In this document: positions 1-12,410 of the stretch, in pieces
How the letters are laid out: each line of letters begins with the position of its first letter
Numbering within the stretch: the stretch's first letter is position 1
Assembly: GCF_001194135.2 (NCBI RefSeq)
Contig: NC_068981.1
Span: 192,962,588-193,026,587 of the forward strand
Reading direction: 5' to 3'
DNA: 64,000 nucleotides
DNA from: Octopus bimaculoides
Lineage: Eukaryota
Notes under the pieces: generated by a model
What the model was told of the DNA's origin: nothing
What the model saw: the letters and a program-made list of their open reading frames with translations, nothing else
Databases searched by the model: none
Position numbers and translations under genes: made by a program

Positions 1-120
1 TGACTCTTAGAACTACTATTACTACTACTGATGTCGCTGCTGCTGCTGCTGTTGTCACTGCTACTGCTACCACTGCTGTTGCTAGTACGACTGTTACTGA
101 TGCTGTTGCTGTTGCTGCTG

Positions 121-156
<36 letters not shown>

Positions 157-335
157 ACCACTGACTTAATGCATGTAGTATAGAGTTAATAAACAGCTGA
201 CTATTGCAACAACTAGTTTGTCAGAAGATTAAACAGGCACAAATGATGTAATGTGCTTAGTTTCAGTATAATATGATTTAAAGCTGTGAATACTGTAAAA
301 CAATCTTTATAGATACTATTCATTGGCAAACATTA

Positions 336-783
336 CGGCCGTGAGCTGGCAGAATCATTAGTGTGTCAGACAAAATGCTTAGTGGCATTTCTTCCAACTC
401 ATTATGTTCTGATTTCAAATTCCAATAGGGTTGACTTTGCCTTTCATCCTTTCTGGGTCAATAAAATAAGTACCAGTCAAGTACTGAAGTCAAAGTAACC
501 AGTTTACCCTCCTCTCCCTTACAGTTGCAGGCCTTGTGCCAAAATTTGAAACAATTAAAGGCAGTGAGCTGGAAGAATTGTTAATGTGTTGGAAAAAATG
601 CTTTGCAGTATTTCTTCTGGTTCTTTATGTTCTGAGTTCAAATCCTGCCCAGGCCCACTTTGCCTTCTATCCTTTCATGGTTAATAAAATAAAGCACCAG
701 TCAAATACTGGAATAAAGATAACTGACCAGCCTCCGCCCCACGAAGTTTCTGACCTTATGCCAAACTAGGAAGAATTATTTAT
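336..783 (+). mobile_element. Two head-to-tail tRNA-derived SINEs (family A; central domain possibly Meta-type)
   Basis: A-box-like GAGCTGGCAGAATC, B-box GTTCAAAT; shared core ctttgcctttcatcctttc.gggtcaataaaataagtaccag; (ATT) tail. The Meta-domain assignment is from memory. Confidence 0.85.
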
Positions 784-2350
784 TGGCATACTGTAGCTTT
801 AGAAGTTGATCTGGACATTTATTGGCTCCTAATTAATTCATACCCCTCTCTCATCCCTGGAATAATTTATTCCAATCTTTCATCTAACTTCTTTAGAGTT
901 ACTTCCCTTTTGATTTTTTTTATCCAGATTAACAAGGATTAGTAGATTATGCTAAATATTCTTCATTGACTTCTCATTGTTCATTTAACATTACATCAAC
1001 AGATAAGTTTTAAAACCTACAGGAAATTGCTTGGTTCCACGAGTGTCAATTCATTTCAAATTCAGAAAATGAAGATGTATTCCACAATATATATTTGCCT
1101 TCCCTGCCTGATCAAATGTAATTTTTCTATCTCCAGAGCGTAAAGAACTCTAGCTATATATAATTTCCCCAAAATGTCTGAAGACTGCAAAATCTCTCTT
1201 CCTAAATCAGGAATTTTATTTTTATGTGAAACTGATTGGTAACATCACTTGTCTATAATATGGTTCTTAATTTATAATTTTGTATCTGAATTTTACACAC
1301 ACGCACACACATACACACACACATGCACGCACACTATCATCATCATCCTTTAACATCCACTTTTCCACGTTTGCATGAGTCAGGTGGAATTTATTGAGGT
1401 AAATTTTTTACTGCTAGATGCTCTTCCTGTCACTAAGCCTTGACTATTTCCAAACAAGGTAATATTTCCCTTTGGCCAGACATGTTTTTCATGGAAGACT
1501 GAGAAGCAAACATCACTTGTATGATGGTAATGTTTGTTTATAACTATCACATAATGTCAAGACAAGGTCACACACACACACACACACACACACACGCATG
1601 CATGCACATGTCTACAGCAGGTCTCTTTCAGTTTCCCATTACCAAAATCATTCAGAAAGCTTTGGTTGGGTGGGGGCTATAGTAGAAGACACTTGCTCAA
1701 GGTGCCATGCAAGACCACTGAATCTTAGACTACATGGGTTAGAAGCAAGCTTCTGAATCACACAGGCACACCTACATAACAACAACAACAACAAAACCAA
1801 CTGTAAGCAGTTATAGTCATAAAAGCCTTTTAAAACACTCTTACTGTTGTGATGGTGCATAGATTAGTGGATTGGATGTGGTTTGGATTCTTGGATTGCA
1901 GCACATCAATCTCTTGAGTCAGGTATTTCATTTTACAATGCTGTCTACTCAGCTAAAAAGGAACACCAGACTGGTGTTGTTGCTGCACTCTCGTTTTCAT
2001 CAGCTCTCATTCTCTGTGTTCTATTACACCAAAGGGTGCTAGGGCTAAGAAGGTATCTATGTGTGCTTGCAACTACATGGGTACCTAAAGCAATTAGCAA
2101 ATGCATGGTAAATGTTGCCAGGTCATTCACTTGTAAGTGATATGTTCTTTTCTTTTAATAATACCATTGTATTTATTGTTATTTCCTTTCATGGTGGAAA
2201 CACATTTTTGTTTCTCTTTAAAGGATGTGACATGCTTTTATAAATTAAACATTGTATGGCTTATATAATAGGCCATATTGATGTTCACATGTTAAAGTAA
2301 ATGAGAATGAGAGGTAATGAATATTATTTTGGATTTGTAATGTAAAAAGG

Positions 2351-2524
2351 TATAGTTCTATATTTAAGAGATGAGGAATTATGTACGTTATTTACGTTTG
2401 ACGGATATTTGTCCTCATCTTGTTTGTTGTTAACATAACGATTCGGCTGGAGTGTATATCAGTCAAAGCATTGTGTTAGCAACAAACAAGATGAGGATAA
2501 ATATCCGTCAAATGTAAATAATGT
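2351..2524. mobile_element. Inverted dimer of a Penelope-type pseudo-LTR/hammerhead-bearing repeat (palindrome)
   Basis: Arms 2388-2449 and 2460-2522 are reverse complements (roughly 85% identical) around the loop GAGTGTATAT; same repeat family as 52062-52186. Confidence 0.8.
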
Positions 2525-4216
2525 GTAAAGAAGTAGACATAAAATTTTCTGCTATCAGACAATTGCACAACACACTTGTATAATATGTTCCCAATGCACC
2601 TGTAGAATGATTTCACATCACATCAATAAAATTTTGCAACACACTTGTCTGGCCGAGAGTATGGAAACAGGTGAGAATTGACAAGAGAGGCATCTGACTA
2701 TAGAAACAGCTGAAACTTCGAAATCACTATCAATCTTCTCTACTAAGAATTATTGAACAGTCAGTCCAGTTTAATGCTAAATTGTGCTTTTTATAGATAA
2801 CCTGGCATAAAAATATAGAATATTTATATATATAATGTGCACTCTACAGCATGTAGTTGATGAATACACACATATTCTCGGTATCCTTTCTTTTGTTATA
2901 AAAAGCACTGGTGCCAGTGCTACAGAGAAAGCACTGATGATGGTGCCACATAAAAAAAAAACACCAAGTATGTTTTGTAAAGTGGTTGGCCTTAGGAAGG
3001 GCATCCAGCTGTAAAAACCAAGCCAAAACAGACTATGGGACCTTTTGTGTCTCCTGACCGTGCCAACTCCTGTCAAGCTATGTGACCCATGCCAGCATGG
3101 AAAAAAAGACGTATGATGATAAGGACAAAAACTGATATGCATATACATGCAGGCAATTGGAATGACAAAGTTTATTTTACAGTGTCTTATTTCAAATTCA
3201 AGGGCATGGACAGACAGAAAACAGAATAGATTACATGTGAAATACATAACTGTATTTGTTTTTATATTTAATTTGTTCTCTAACATGTTTTAAACTTAAA
3301 CTTATATATTAGGATTATTAGGGTTATGGAAAATGTTGTTCACTTTTGGGAAAAGGACAGAATTACCAGAAGCTCTTTGACTAAAAGCTACACGAGAGCT
3401 ATCTATCATTGTTTTGTAAGTACTTATTTACTATAGTAGTAAGTAACTATCTTGCTGCTACAAGTAGACAAGATCAGGGATGCAAGAAGTGGGCATGGGG
3501 TGGAGACATATTGACATTTTGAGAATCCCTAAGATGGAAAAGTTCTGTCATGCCTTAATAATTTCATTACAGCTTTGAAGGGTAAATCTTTCAGGAGTTA
3601 TGTGTGCCTTGTGTGGTGAAGAAGGAAAGGGAGATTGTTTGAATTGAGTAGGTTGTAAAGTATGTGTGAAAATGTTTGTTGTCTCTTTTTCATAATACAA
3701 ACATTCTCCTTTTTCGTTCAGTAGATATATAACTGAAGAAGATTCTATTGCAGGAACTGAGTTACTTGTGGTGTCTGATCCATTAGCTATTAATTCTATC
3801 ATACTAATTAAAATTGCAGTTTATTGCAGTTACTGTTGTTGTTCAAGGTTTTTCCTGTAATATAGATTTCACTGACATCACCTTCATCCTTCATACCTTT
3901 TAAATATTGTTTCTAGGCAACAGTCACAAACAAAACATGTATGAAACACTTAAGATTAATGTGATAAAAAAAAGTTTATTTTGTCTGCCTTTTGTTATGA
4001 ATACAATTCCAGGGATGGGTAAGTGGCTCAAACTGTAGTATGATGAGAGAGGAATAGAAAGCAAGAGGAAGAATGTTTAATTATAAATAGTTAATATGGT
4101 TATTGATATTTATTTTTGATTAGCCACACAAAGCCACTCAGTTTTTGGGAGACTATTGGGGATTATATCAATGTCAATACTCTGAATTCTTGCAGAGAAT
4201 TTCATGAATAAAGCAT

Positions 4217-4625
4217 AAGGCAAAATATATATAAATCAACAGAGGAAGAATTGTTTGTTAGCTTTCCATGTATGTAGCATAGTTCAGGTTTACTTATATT
4301 CAGCAATGGTTAACATGTCGATAACTCTTCTAAAAAGTGAAAATAAATTGTGCTGCAAATGATGTCAGTGAAATCCTAATAATGTCGTCAACAGAACTGG
4401 TGAAATACCTTAATATTATTAGCAGATTTCCCTGATCATGCCATGTCCACAGACACTTAGTTGTATAGTATCTTCTAGTGATATCTTAAGAAATTCTGAA
4501 ATAACAGCTGAGGTACACTGTTGTAATGTAGTATACACAAATGATGAGAACATCCATACACAGACCATCGAAGGGAGATGGATGCTTGCCAAAAAGAAAT
4601 TCAAGCAAAAATGTGAGATGCTTCA
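4217..4625 (+). mobile_element. Probable Merlin (IS1016/ISXO2-like) DDE transposase fossil
   Basis: Collinear degenerate motifs: KAKY..NRGRIV (4217-4255), VNRTGEI/LNIISRF (from 4387), and HTQTIEGRWMLAKKKF (from 4555). Compared from memory with the Merlin/ISXO2 motifs KRKYNRGR, DRS..TL..II and HTQTIE..W...K. Confidence 0.55.
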
Positions 4626-6139
4626 TTTACTCTGTGCTTATGTGGTGACTGTCGTGTTTTCCTGTAAATGATATCTATACTCTACATTGTTTTCATGTTA
4701 AATAAACACAATAAAATTATGCAATTTCAATGTCATCGTTTCTGGTTTCTGTTGCAATTTACTTTCACTATTTTTTTTAGAGAAAATTAAACAGCATGTT
4801 TAGACTTTATAATATTTGTCCAAAAATTTACACTTTGATTGTAACCCAGAGGCCTGGTAGCATTCCAGATGATTTGTTTTCTGGTGCGGAAGCTACCTGA
4901 ATATTTATCTGTGATAGCCAACTCATTTTGGGTGGGTGGCTCTACCAAACTGTCTGGAGATTTTTAACTACATGAGTAGGGAGTCCTATGGACATTGTAG
5001 ACTGCTTCCTTCTCAGTGGGGAGGGAGAGAGAGAGAGATGGAAAAACAGGAGAACCGATCCCCAGTACTTGGCTGATATTTCATATATTGACACTAAAGA
5101 GACAAAAAGCAAAACAATTGATGCTAGTGAGATTTGAACTCAGAGAACTGAGAGGTAGAGTAAATACTGTCAGACATTCTATCTGATGGTCTGACTTTCC
5201 TGCCAAATCATCAGCTTTTGTTTTAGTTTGTAGCCTCACTGTTCTATAATCAAATCAGGACATCAGTTTCACCTTGCAACCCCTAACTCTAGTAAAACAA
5301 ATGTCAGTGATATCCAACTAAATCTATCCACTACAAAATTGATTCAGTTTAATCAAAGGAAATATTTTATTGTAAAAAAAATTGTGCCTCCTTGAATATC
5401 AGAAATCTTTGATTGCATGCCAGAAGTCTAAATTGATATGATGTTACTAAAATTTAATTTTGCATGAGACCATCTGAAGAGAGAAATATTAATTTGATGG
5501 TTTCATTCATTTGTAGTGAAGCTGCTGCTGAATTTCAGACTGTGTCACTCCGATTCCCTATTTAGGACAACAACCAATCTATATTGCCATAAATGGTAAA
5601 GGCCAACTATGAGAAATTAATTGTGTTGCTATAAAAGACATTTGGGCCAAAGCAAACATGGTTTGACCAATTAGATTGGCCGATGTGTTACCAAATGGTG
5701 GAAGTGAAAATAAGTTTTGCGAAGTTTCCCTCAAACTTGTTTAACTGAAGGTTGTAGAAGCTTGATGTTGTGTTATAAAAAACTGGAATATTAAACTCCA
5801 GAGTGCTATACAGAACTCTGCTCATCAGTTTTGGGATAAGGTGTTCTCGTCTACTTATTCTGTCTTTAATAAGTATGAATAATTTTCATATAACTAAAAT
5901 ATTTCATGCTATGAACATTTTTAACAATTATATTCATTATTTCACATATGATGTAAATGCAAATGCTCCTGGAGATAAAAAATATAGACACTTACTCTGC
6001 TATCAGTGTGGTCATTCTTGCTTTCACACACAATCTACCCAATATTGTGTGCTACCAATGACAAATTATTGACTAATATCAATATGAATAATGACCCTTT
6101 CCCACCACTAAACATTCAGCTGGCATAATGATGTTGTAG

Positions 6140-6462
6140 CCTGGCTCTCCATTGGTTACAATGACAAATGTTCCAGTTAATTCAATCAATGGAACAGCTT
6201 GCATATGACATTAATGTGCAAGTGGCTGAGAACTCCACAGACACGTGCTCTCTTAACATAGTTCTCAAGGAGATACTGTGTGGCACAGAGTGTGACAAGG
6301 CTGGCCCTTTGAATTACATGTGCAACTCATTTTTGTCCATTGAATGGACTGGAGCAATGAGAAATAAAGTGTCTTGCTCAAGGACACAACATGCCACTCG
6401 GAATTGAACTCGTGACCTTATGACTTTCAGCCAAATCCCTGGTCACAAAGCTATGCACCTTC
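6140..6462 (-). mobile_element. tRNA-derived SINE, family C
   Basis: Antisense head ..gagttcaattccgag..gtgtccttgagcaagacacttta; a related sense copy lies at ~57290-57470. Confidence 0.65.
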
Positions 6463-7719
6463 CCTTGATTTTATATAGGGTGTCCACAAAGTCTAGGTAT
6501 ATGGAGTAAATAAAATCATAACATAAACAGTTAAATATAAGAAATAATAATTTTCCTTTTTTAATTTTGTTTAAATTAAATAAATAAATACGTTACTTTT
6601 CTAAATTTATCTATGTTATTTTTCCTACCCAGATCGAATGATGGCTCTGTAGAATAAGAAACATTATAACATTCACCAAACACAACACTTAATGAGTCAT
6701 ACAAACAGTTTTAAACCTTTCTCTATCATTAATATAACACATACTGGAACTAAAAGTAGATGTTTGTGGTAATTAATGTTAAGAACCTCTTCCTGGGAAA
6801 ATATTTAAGAACTGAAGAAAAAATAACAATCCAAGATCTAAAATATTTTGCTTTAGGTGAATAGGTTAAAACAGGGCTATTTATATTCCACTCTTTCAAT
6901 TCTCTCCGCATTCTTTATAATGGAGCTGTGTTTATTTCAGGTGCAGAATGGGTAGACAGACAGTCCTTTTTCCTTTTTCAGAATAGCAGACTGCTAATGT
7001 CACTTGACGTTCCTTGCCTGTTGCTACTACTCTGCTAGGTATTAGTTGCAGTTATTCCTCAGTAATAACGTTAGGCAAACATCTTGAAGAAATGTTAATA
7101 CTACATAAAATTCGTTATTTCAGTTAACTTTGTGGCTGACATAAGTTAATATAATAACTTTTCCATTTTTTTTTTTCTTTTCCCAGATTCCAAGATTCAA
7201 TAGAGTAATTATTTGACTGTTCACAACAGATTGTTCTTTCTTGAAATTTGAGAAAAGAATTTAAGAAAATCATAATTGGCTCTTGCAGGAAATAATTTAA
7301 ATATATTCTATCCAAACTTACCAGGAAAATGTAAAGAGAAAGTTTGTTAATTAAATGTGGTGGCATTTTGAAAAATCTGTTAATTACACTAGCAGTCAAG
7401 AGAGAAAACTTATGTCTGTAGCTACTAGCTACTGTTAGGAAGAATGTGCCAGAACATCCATTCAATATTTTGCTTAATAAATCAATTTGCCTCGAGGAAA
7501 AGCATTTCTAAACATTATTGAGTTATTAAACTAGAAAACACCAATAGTTTATCTCCATTTTTCTTTTATTTTCTTTTCTTTCTCTTTTTAGTTTTCAGGA
7601 GTATATATAAGTTTTAAAGATGGTGGGTATGTCTGGGTATTCCATGAGACTTTTAATCATTGGGTTTGTTACTTAGCATAAAACATATTTCTTCAAAGGA
7701 TACCAGATAATCTACATAT

Positions 7720-7895
7720 ATCTGGGTACATCTCAGTAAACAACAACTCCCTTCTTGAATGGGCCATGATACCACAAAATGTGTCTTGAAAATGACTTAA
7801 CAGATCCTATCAGGTGGTGCTATTAAGTTAGACATGCCCAGGGGGTCAATCTTTGGCTGAAATATATCTAAGTTATTTATCAGTGATTATTATTA
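7720..7895 (+). mobile_element. Possible very old non-LTR RT fragment
   Basis: LLEW..NRSYQVVL..DMPRGSIFG*NISKLFISDY resembles the consensus L.NR.Q.V..GVPQGSILGPLLF..FINDL. Confidence 0.3.
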
Positions 7896-8267
7896 AACCT
7901 AGTTTTATATATTTCCATATTATTTGTCATTGAAATGGTATTCAGACATCAGATAATAGATCCAGTAAAGACTTAATCTGAAAAATCCTGAAACTGGAAC
8001 ACTCAATGTAACATCCATTTTAGTGAGTTCAATGTGCATTGATTACCTATTAATTATACAAGATAGAAGAGGCATGAATGTGTGGTTTAGAAGTTTGCTT
8101 TATAAACATGTAATTCCAACTTCAATCTCATCAGTGCTAAGTTAAGTAAAATTTGGCAGATGGAAACTGTGTGGACACCTGCTGGATGGATAGTTTCTGC
8201 TCAGTAATTAATTATGATTAACCATAAATGTACACAATGAGAATAATGAGAATAATTTATAATAATG

Positions 8268-9985
8268 TGGTTGTCTGTTGTAGAAGCTGGAGGAACAATT
8301 TTGAAGTCTGTTTTAAGAAACTCCAAGAACAGGAATTAAAACAAAAAAATCTCTGTAGATTATTGAGATTTGTGTTACAAAGTAACACGATGAAATTTGG
8401 ACAAAGTAACACAATGAAATTTTACCGCTAGACGAGGAGTTGTGCCGTGGGTACTCCCATGGCAATTAATTTTGCTAATGTCTTCATGACGAAATTCGAG
8501 ACACAACTACTGAAGACATTCAAATCCCTTCATGGTCATGAACCAATACTTTGGTTATGGTTCATTGATGACGTCTTTTTGTCTGGGAAGGATCACAGGT
8601 TAGTTTGACTTTTTGCATTTCTGTGACTGTTATGCTAAAAACTATGGCTTTAAGTCCAACATAAAATTTACGTCTAGTTTTTCAAATACTATCTTTGAAT
8701 TTTTAGACACAAAAGTTAAGTTTTTTTGAGGCAGAATGGTAACAGAGTTATTTTGCAAGCCCACATCATCTCACATTTATCTCCACCATTACTCTGATCA
8801 TCCACATCATATTATTTGGTCAAATCTAACATCCCAAGTTTTGAGGATAAAACAGATTTGTACTGACATAGGGGACTCCTGGAAACATGCAAATGCTTTT
8901 GTACATCATTATGTTAAACACGGTTACAGTGAATCATGATTAAAGGAAATAGCAAATGAAATAGCTAAGATTAGCAAAGATAGTCAAACCTTCATGCATA
9001 ATTTTAGCAAACAATACAATAGATGACAGAATTCCTTTAGTGATTAACTGGCACCGAAATTTTGCTGGCATTTCAAGTGTTGCATGAAAGTTGCCAGCAT
9101 GTGGCGAAAAAATATCCTCGTTTCAAACAGATATTTCCTCAGCCGCTTATTGTAGCCTTTAGATGGAATAAGAATATAAGAGAATTATTGACCTCTATAT
9201 CTGACTCCAAGAAAATGAACATTGGAGTATCTGCACGCTGTACCTTAAAGAACAGCCGCAAGAGAGGTAAGCCCTGTTCATTGTGCAACAACATGAGTCA
9301 AGTGAATTCCATCAGGAATCATAAAAGAAATGTTATGATTTATACAGAAGGTGGGACATGTAGAGATTCCCATTTGATGTACATGGCAGAATGCACAAAA
9401 CACAACTTGATGTTGGTTGTACAACAGAACAATTAAACAAAAGATTTAATGAGCACAGATTCAACGTCAGGCATAATAACTGTAGTTCGACAGAGTTTGC
9501 TGAACATTTTCCTTCAAACGGCTGCAATTTTGAAAGAGACTTGAAAGTGCATATTCTCAGAAAATATTCTGAATCTGCTTCACTTTCACTTCTCAAAATG
9601 CATGAGGAGAAATATGTTTGTAGGTTATTAGCTTCACGCCCTGGAGGAATGAATGAAACGACAGGAGAATATCATCAAATTTATACAAAACAGTTTGATT
9701 AAATAGTCTTCTTTTTTTCTTTCCTCTTTCTTTCTGTCTTTTTCTTTTCGCCTGTTATAAAATTGAAACTTAAAGACTGGTGATGTCATTCCATCAATGT
9801 GTGGATACTGGTTTCTCTTGTTCATACTTTAAATTTAAATTTCTATAATTTTGAATTTTTATCACTTCTTATTTTGAATTTGACAAAGACAGATTTACTG
9901 ACAAAATATCATTCAACCAATAAAATATCTATTACAATCGAATTGCACTCTTCGTCTTGACTGTTTACCTTTGCGAAGAGTTACA
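8268..9985 (+). mobile_element. Penelope-like retroelement, 5'-truncated and degenerate (RT C-terminal half + GIY-YIG endonuclease + 3' pseudo-LTR)
   Basis: Stitched translation: LLRFVLQSNTMKF..FYR*TRSCAVGTPMAINFANVFMTKFE..PILWLWFIDDVFF..FLDTKV..ELFCKPTSSHIYLHHYSDHP..SQVLRIKQIC..GYS..RIPLVINW..IFPQPLIVAFRWNKNIRELL..CSLC..GTCRDSHLMYMAECTKHNLM/VGCTTEQLNKRFNEHR..LKVHIL..EEKYVCRLLASRPGGMN. Stops and frameshifts present; a 24-bp tandem duplication at ~8378-8424; stop at 9702, then a UTR with AATAAA. Confidence 0.93.
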
Positions 9986-10000
9986 TTAATCCTTTTAAAA

Positions 10001-10039
<39 letters not shown>

Positions 10040-10045
10040 CATCAT

Positions 10046-10400
10046 TAAAATGGTGAACTGGCTGAATCACCAATGCGTTGGAGCTTCCAGCTTTTTATAT
10101 TTTGAGTTCAAGTTTCACTGAGGTCGATAAAATAAGTACCAGTTTAGCACTGAGGGGGGGGGGGCAATGTAATTAACTTCCCCACCCTTCAAAATTACTG
10201 GCCTTGTGCCAAAATAAGAAAGGATCATTATTATAATTATTACACTGGTGAGCCAACAAAAACATTCGGGCCTCTGGCAAAAATGCCTTGTATTTTCTCC
10301 AGCTCTTTGCATTTTCAGTTCAAATCCTACCAAGGTCAACTTTGCATTTCTTCTCGTCAGAGTCAGTAAGATAAAGTACCAGTCATATACTAGGGTAATG
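10046..10400 (+). mobile_element. Two head-to-tail family A SINEs following a (TTA)n tract
   Basis: Same head, core and tail motifs as 336-783. Confidence 0.8.
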
Positions 10401-12189
10401 GTGGATATAGTCAACTATGCTTTTCTTGTGTGTCTATGTTACAAACAATTCTATGAGAAATTTTGAAGGTGGAGAGAGAGCATAAAGAAAACCTCAAAAT
10501 GGCTTTATATTTTGATTGACCAAGACACCAAAGGAACCTCTACTTAATCTCTCAATGTACTAGATATCCTCGAAACAGCATCAAACCATCTTAAATAATG
10601 AAAGGAAACACACAATGTAAGCTGAGACACATTATTCTGAATAAAAGACGGAATGGTCATGGATGGATAATCTTTGATAATAGACCTGGCTGGTCTACGA
10701 TTTAACTGTAACAACAAAGGACACATTAAGTAATGTAGTCTTGGATACATTATGTCTGAATACAAAACAACAACAAAACAAAACAAAACACAACATGGTC
10801 AAGAGAAGGTGGAAGAAGATTCCATTTGGGTCTCAGGAAATGGGGATCCTCTCAAAATCAAAGGGAGTGTTGAATTTTAAAAAAATTGTTTTTGGGCAGG
10901 AGCCCAGCAGATTATCAGTGGGTTCTTCCTTTGCTCCCTGGGCCTTGGACTAATGTACCAACTGAACCCCACCCTCTCTGTAGGCTCTGGTCACATCTAG
11001 CATATCTTTGATCATCAGTTTGCTCAATCAAGACTGACAGAGAATAAACAACAATAACAACGACGGCAGATTGAAATTCTATGTGAAGGATATTGATATA
11101 AGTTCTTACATATTTTTACAGCGAACAAGTATTTTTCAGTAGGAGAAAACAGGGTCAACCAATTGCAGAACTAAGTATATAAATATATGAAATAAAACTG
11201 TAAACAAGATAAAGCAGAACCAGATTATTTCTGCCAATGACACCTCACTCTTAGAATAGAAAGGTTATCATAAATGGATCCTTCACATTTTTTATCCAGC
11301 TTCTATCAAGACGTGCTGTTTTGCTCTCATTTCCCCAGCTGACCCTTTAGTACTTAAAAAAGATTAAAGTGTTAGGGGTTCTACTGTAGGTAGTTATAGA
11401 ATTTATGAGGTAAAAGACAACAAGAGCTACCCACCTCCCACCCTTAGCTTTCTATGACATTCCACTCACATGTGGAATGCTGTAGCAGGGGCCTTCAACC
11501 TTCTATACTTCAGCAGCCCTTTTCATGGAATGTGTTTGACAAAAAGTTCCCCCACCTCATGTTTTTGAAAAAAAAAAAAAAAAAGAAAACGAGAGAGAAA
11601 TAAAGGTAAAATATTCAAAACAGCAGATTATTTCATCAAACCCAGTAGGTGACTCTTTTTAGATAAATTTTTATGAAAATTGCTAAAGAAAGTGAGGATT
11701 ATAAAATGAAATAGTATTAGATCTCGATGTAGCATTGGTCATGTTTTCTGCTCACTGATAACACAAAGTTTCTTGATGTAATAAATTGTAGATGTATCGT
11801 AGAAAGTTGATGATGACAGAGTTGGGAAGGGGTCAGAATCCCAAAAAGGAGTGGATGTGGTTAAAATGATATCTTTATTTTAAATTGTGTGTTGTAGATG
11901 ATGTCTTCAGCAGTCATTGTATTTAACTTCATACTGGTCAGTCAATGAGGTTGCAACAGACATGATCATTCCACCAGTTAGAAATAATAATCAAATTTTC
12001 CTCAAATCACAGCAATCTTATTTGTTCTAGATGCTAAGTATGAATGTTTTCGGTATGTCTGTTCGATTAGAGCTAACCTAAACAAACTACCAACAAAACA
12101 AACCAGCAACAAGGCTCTGAAATCCAACTGTCCCTCTGGCCAGGCAACAAGAATGAATGAAGAAATGTCAGGCTAATGAAGGTGCATTG

Positions 12190-12410
12190 ACATAGTGGTT
12201 CAACCAGCTAGAAATAGCTGCCAAATCTTCCTCATGTCATACTCTACCACCTTAGAAAGGGAGGAGAGCACATTGACTAATGTAGTCTTAGATAACTATA
12301 ACTGCAAATACGATTAAAAAATATATATGGCTATGGTTAAGATATTTTTGATCATAGGACTGCTGATTCAGGACTAACCTTGGGCTAAACAACAAGAACA
12401 GTAACAATGA
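12190..12410 (+). repeat. Abundant unclassified repeat with (AAC)n tail (family D), representative copy
   Basis: Motif ctagaaatagc.gccaaatct..gatcatagg.ctgct.gat.cagg.ct.acct.gggctaaacaacaa recurs at about 10700, 11000, 11960, 13960(-), 15990, 17170, 25140(-), 30130, 33940, 34500, 38940(-), 57590 and 62130. Confidence 0.75.

Noticed and set aside
336-430. tRNA genes
   Set aside because: All A/B-box sequences seen are SINE heads without an intact cloverleaf.
5667-5679. CCAAT-TAG-ATTGG inverted CCAAT pair
   Set aside because: Short, with no supporting promoter context.
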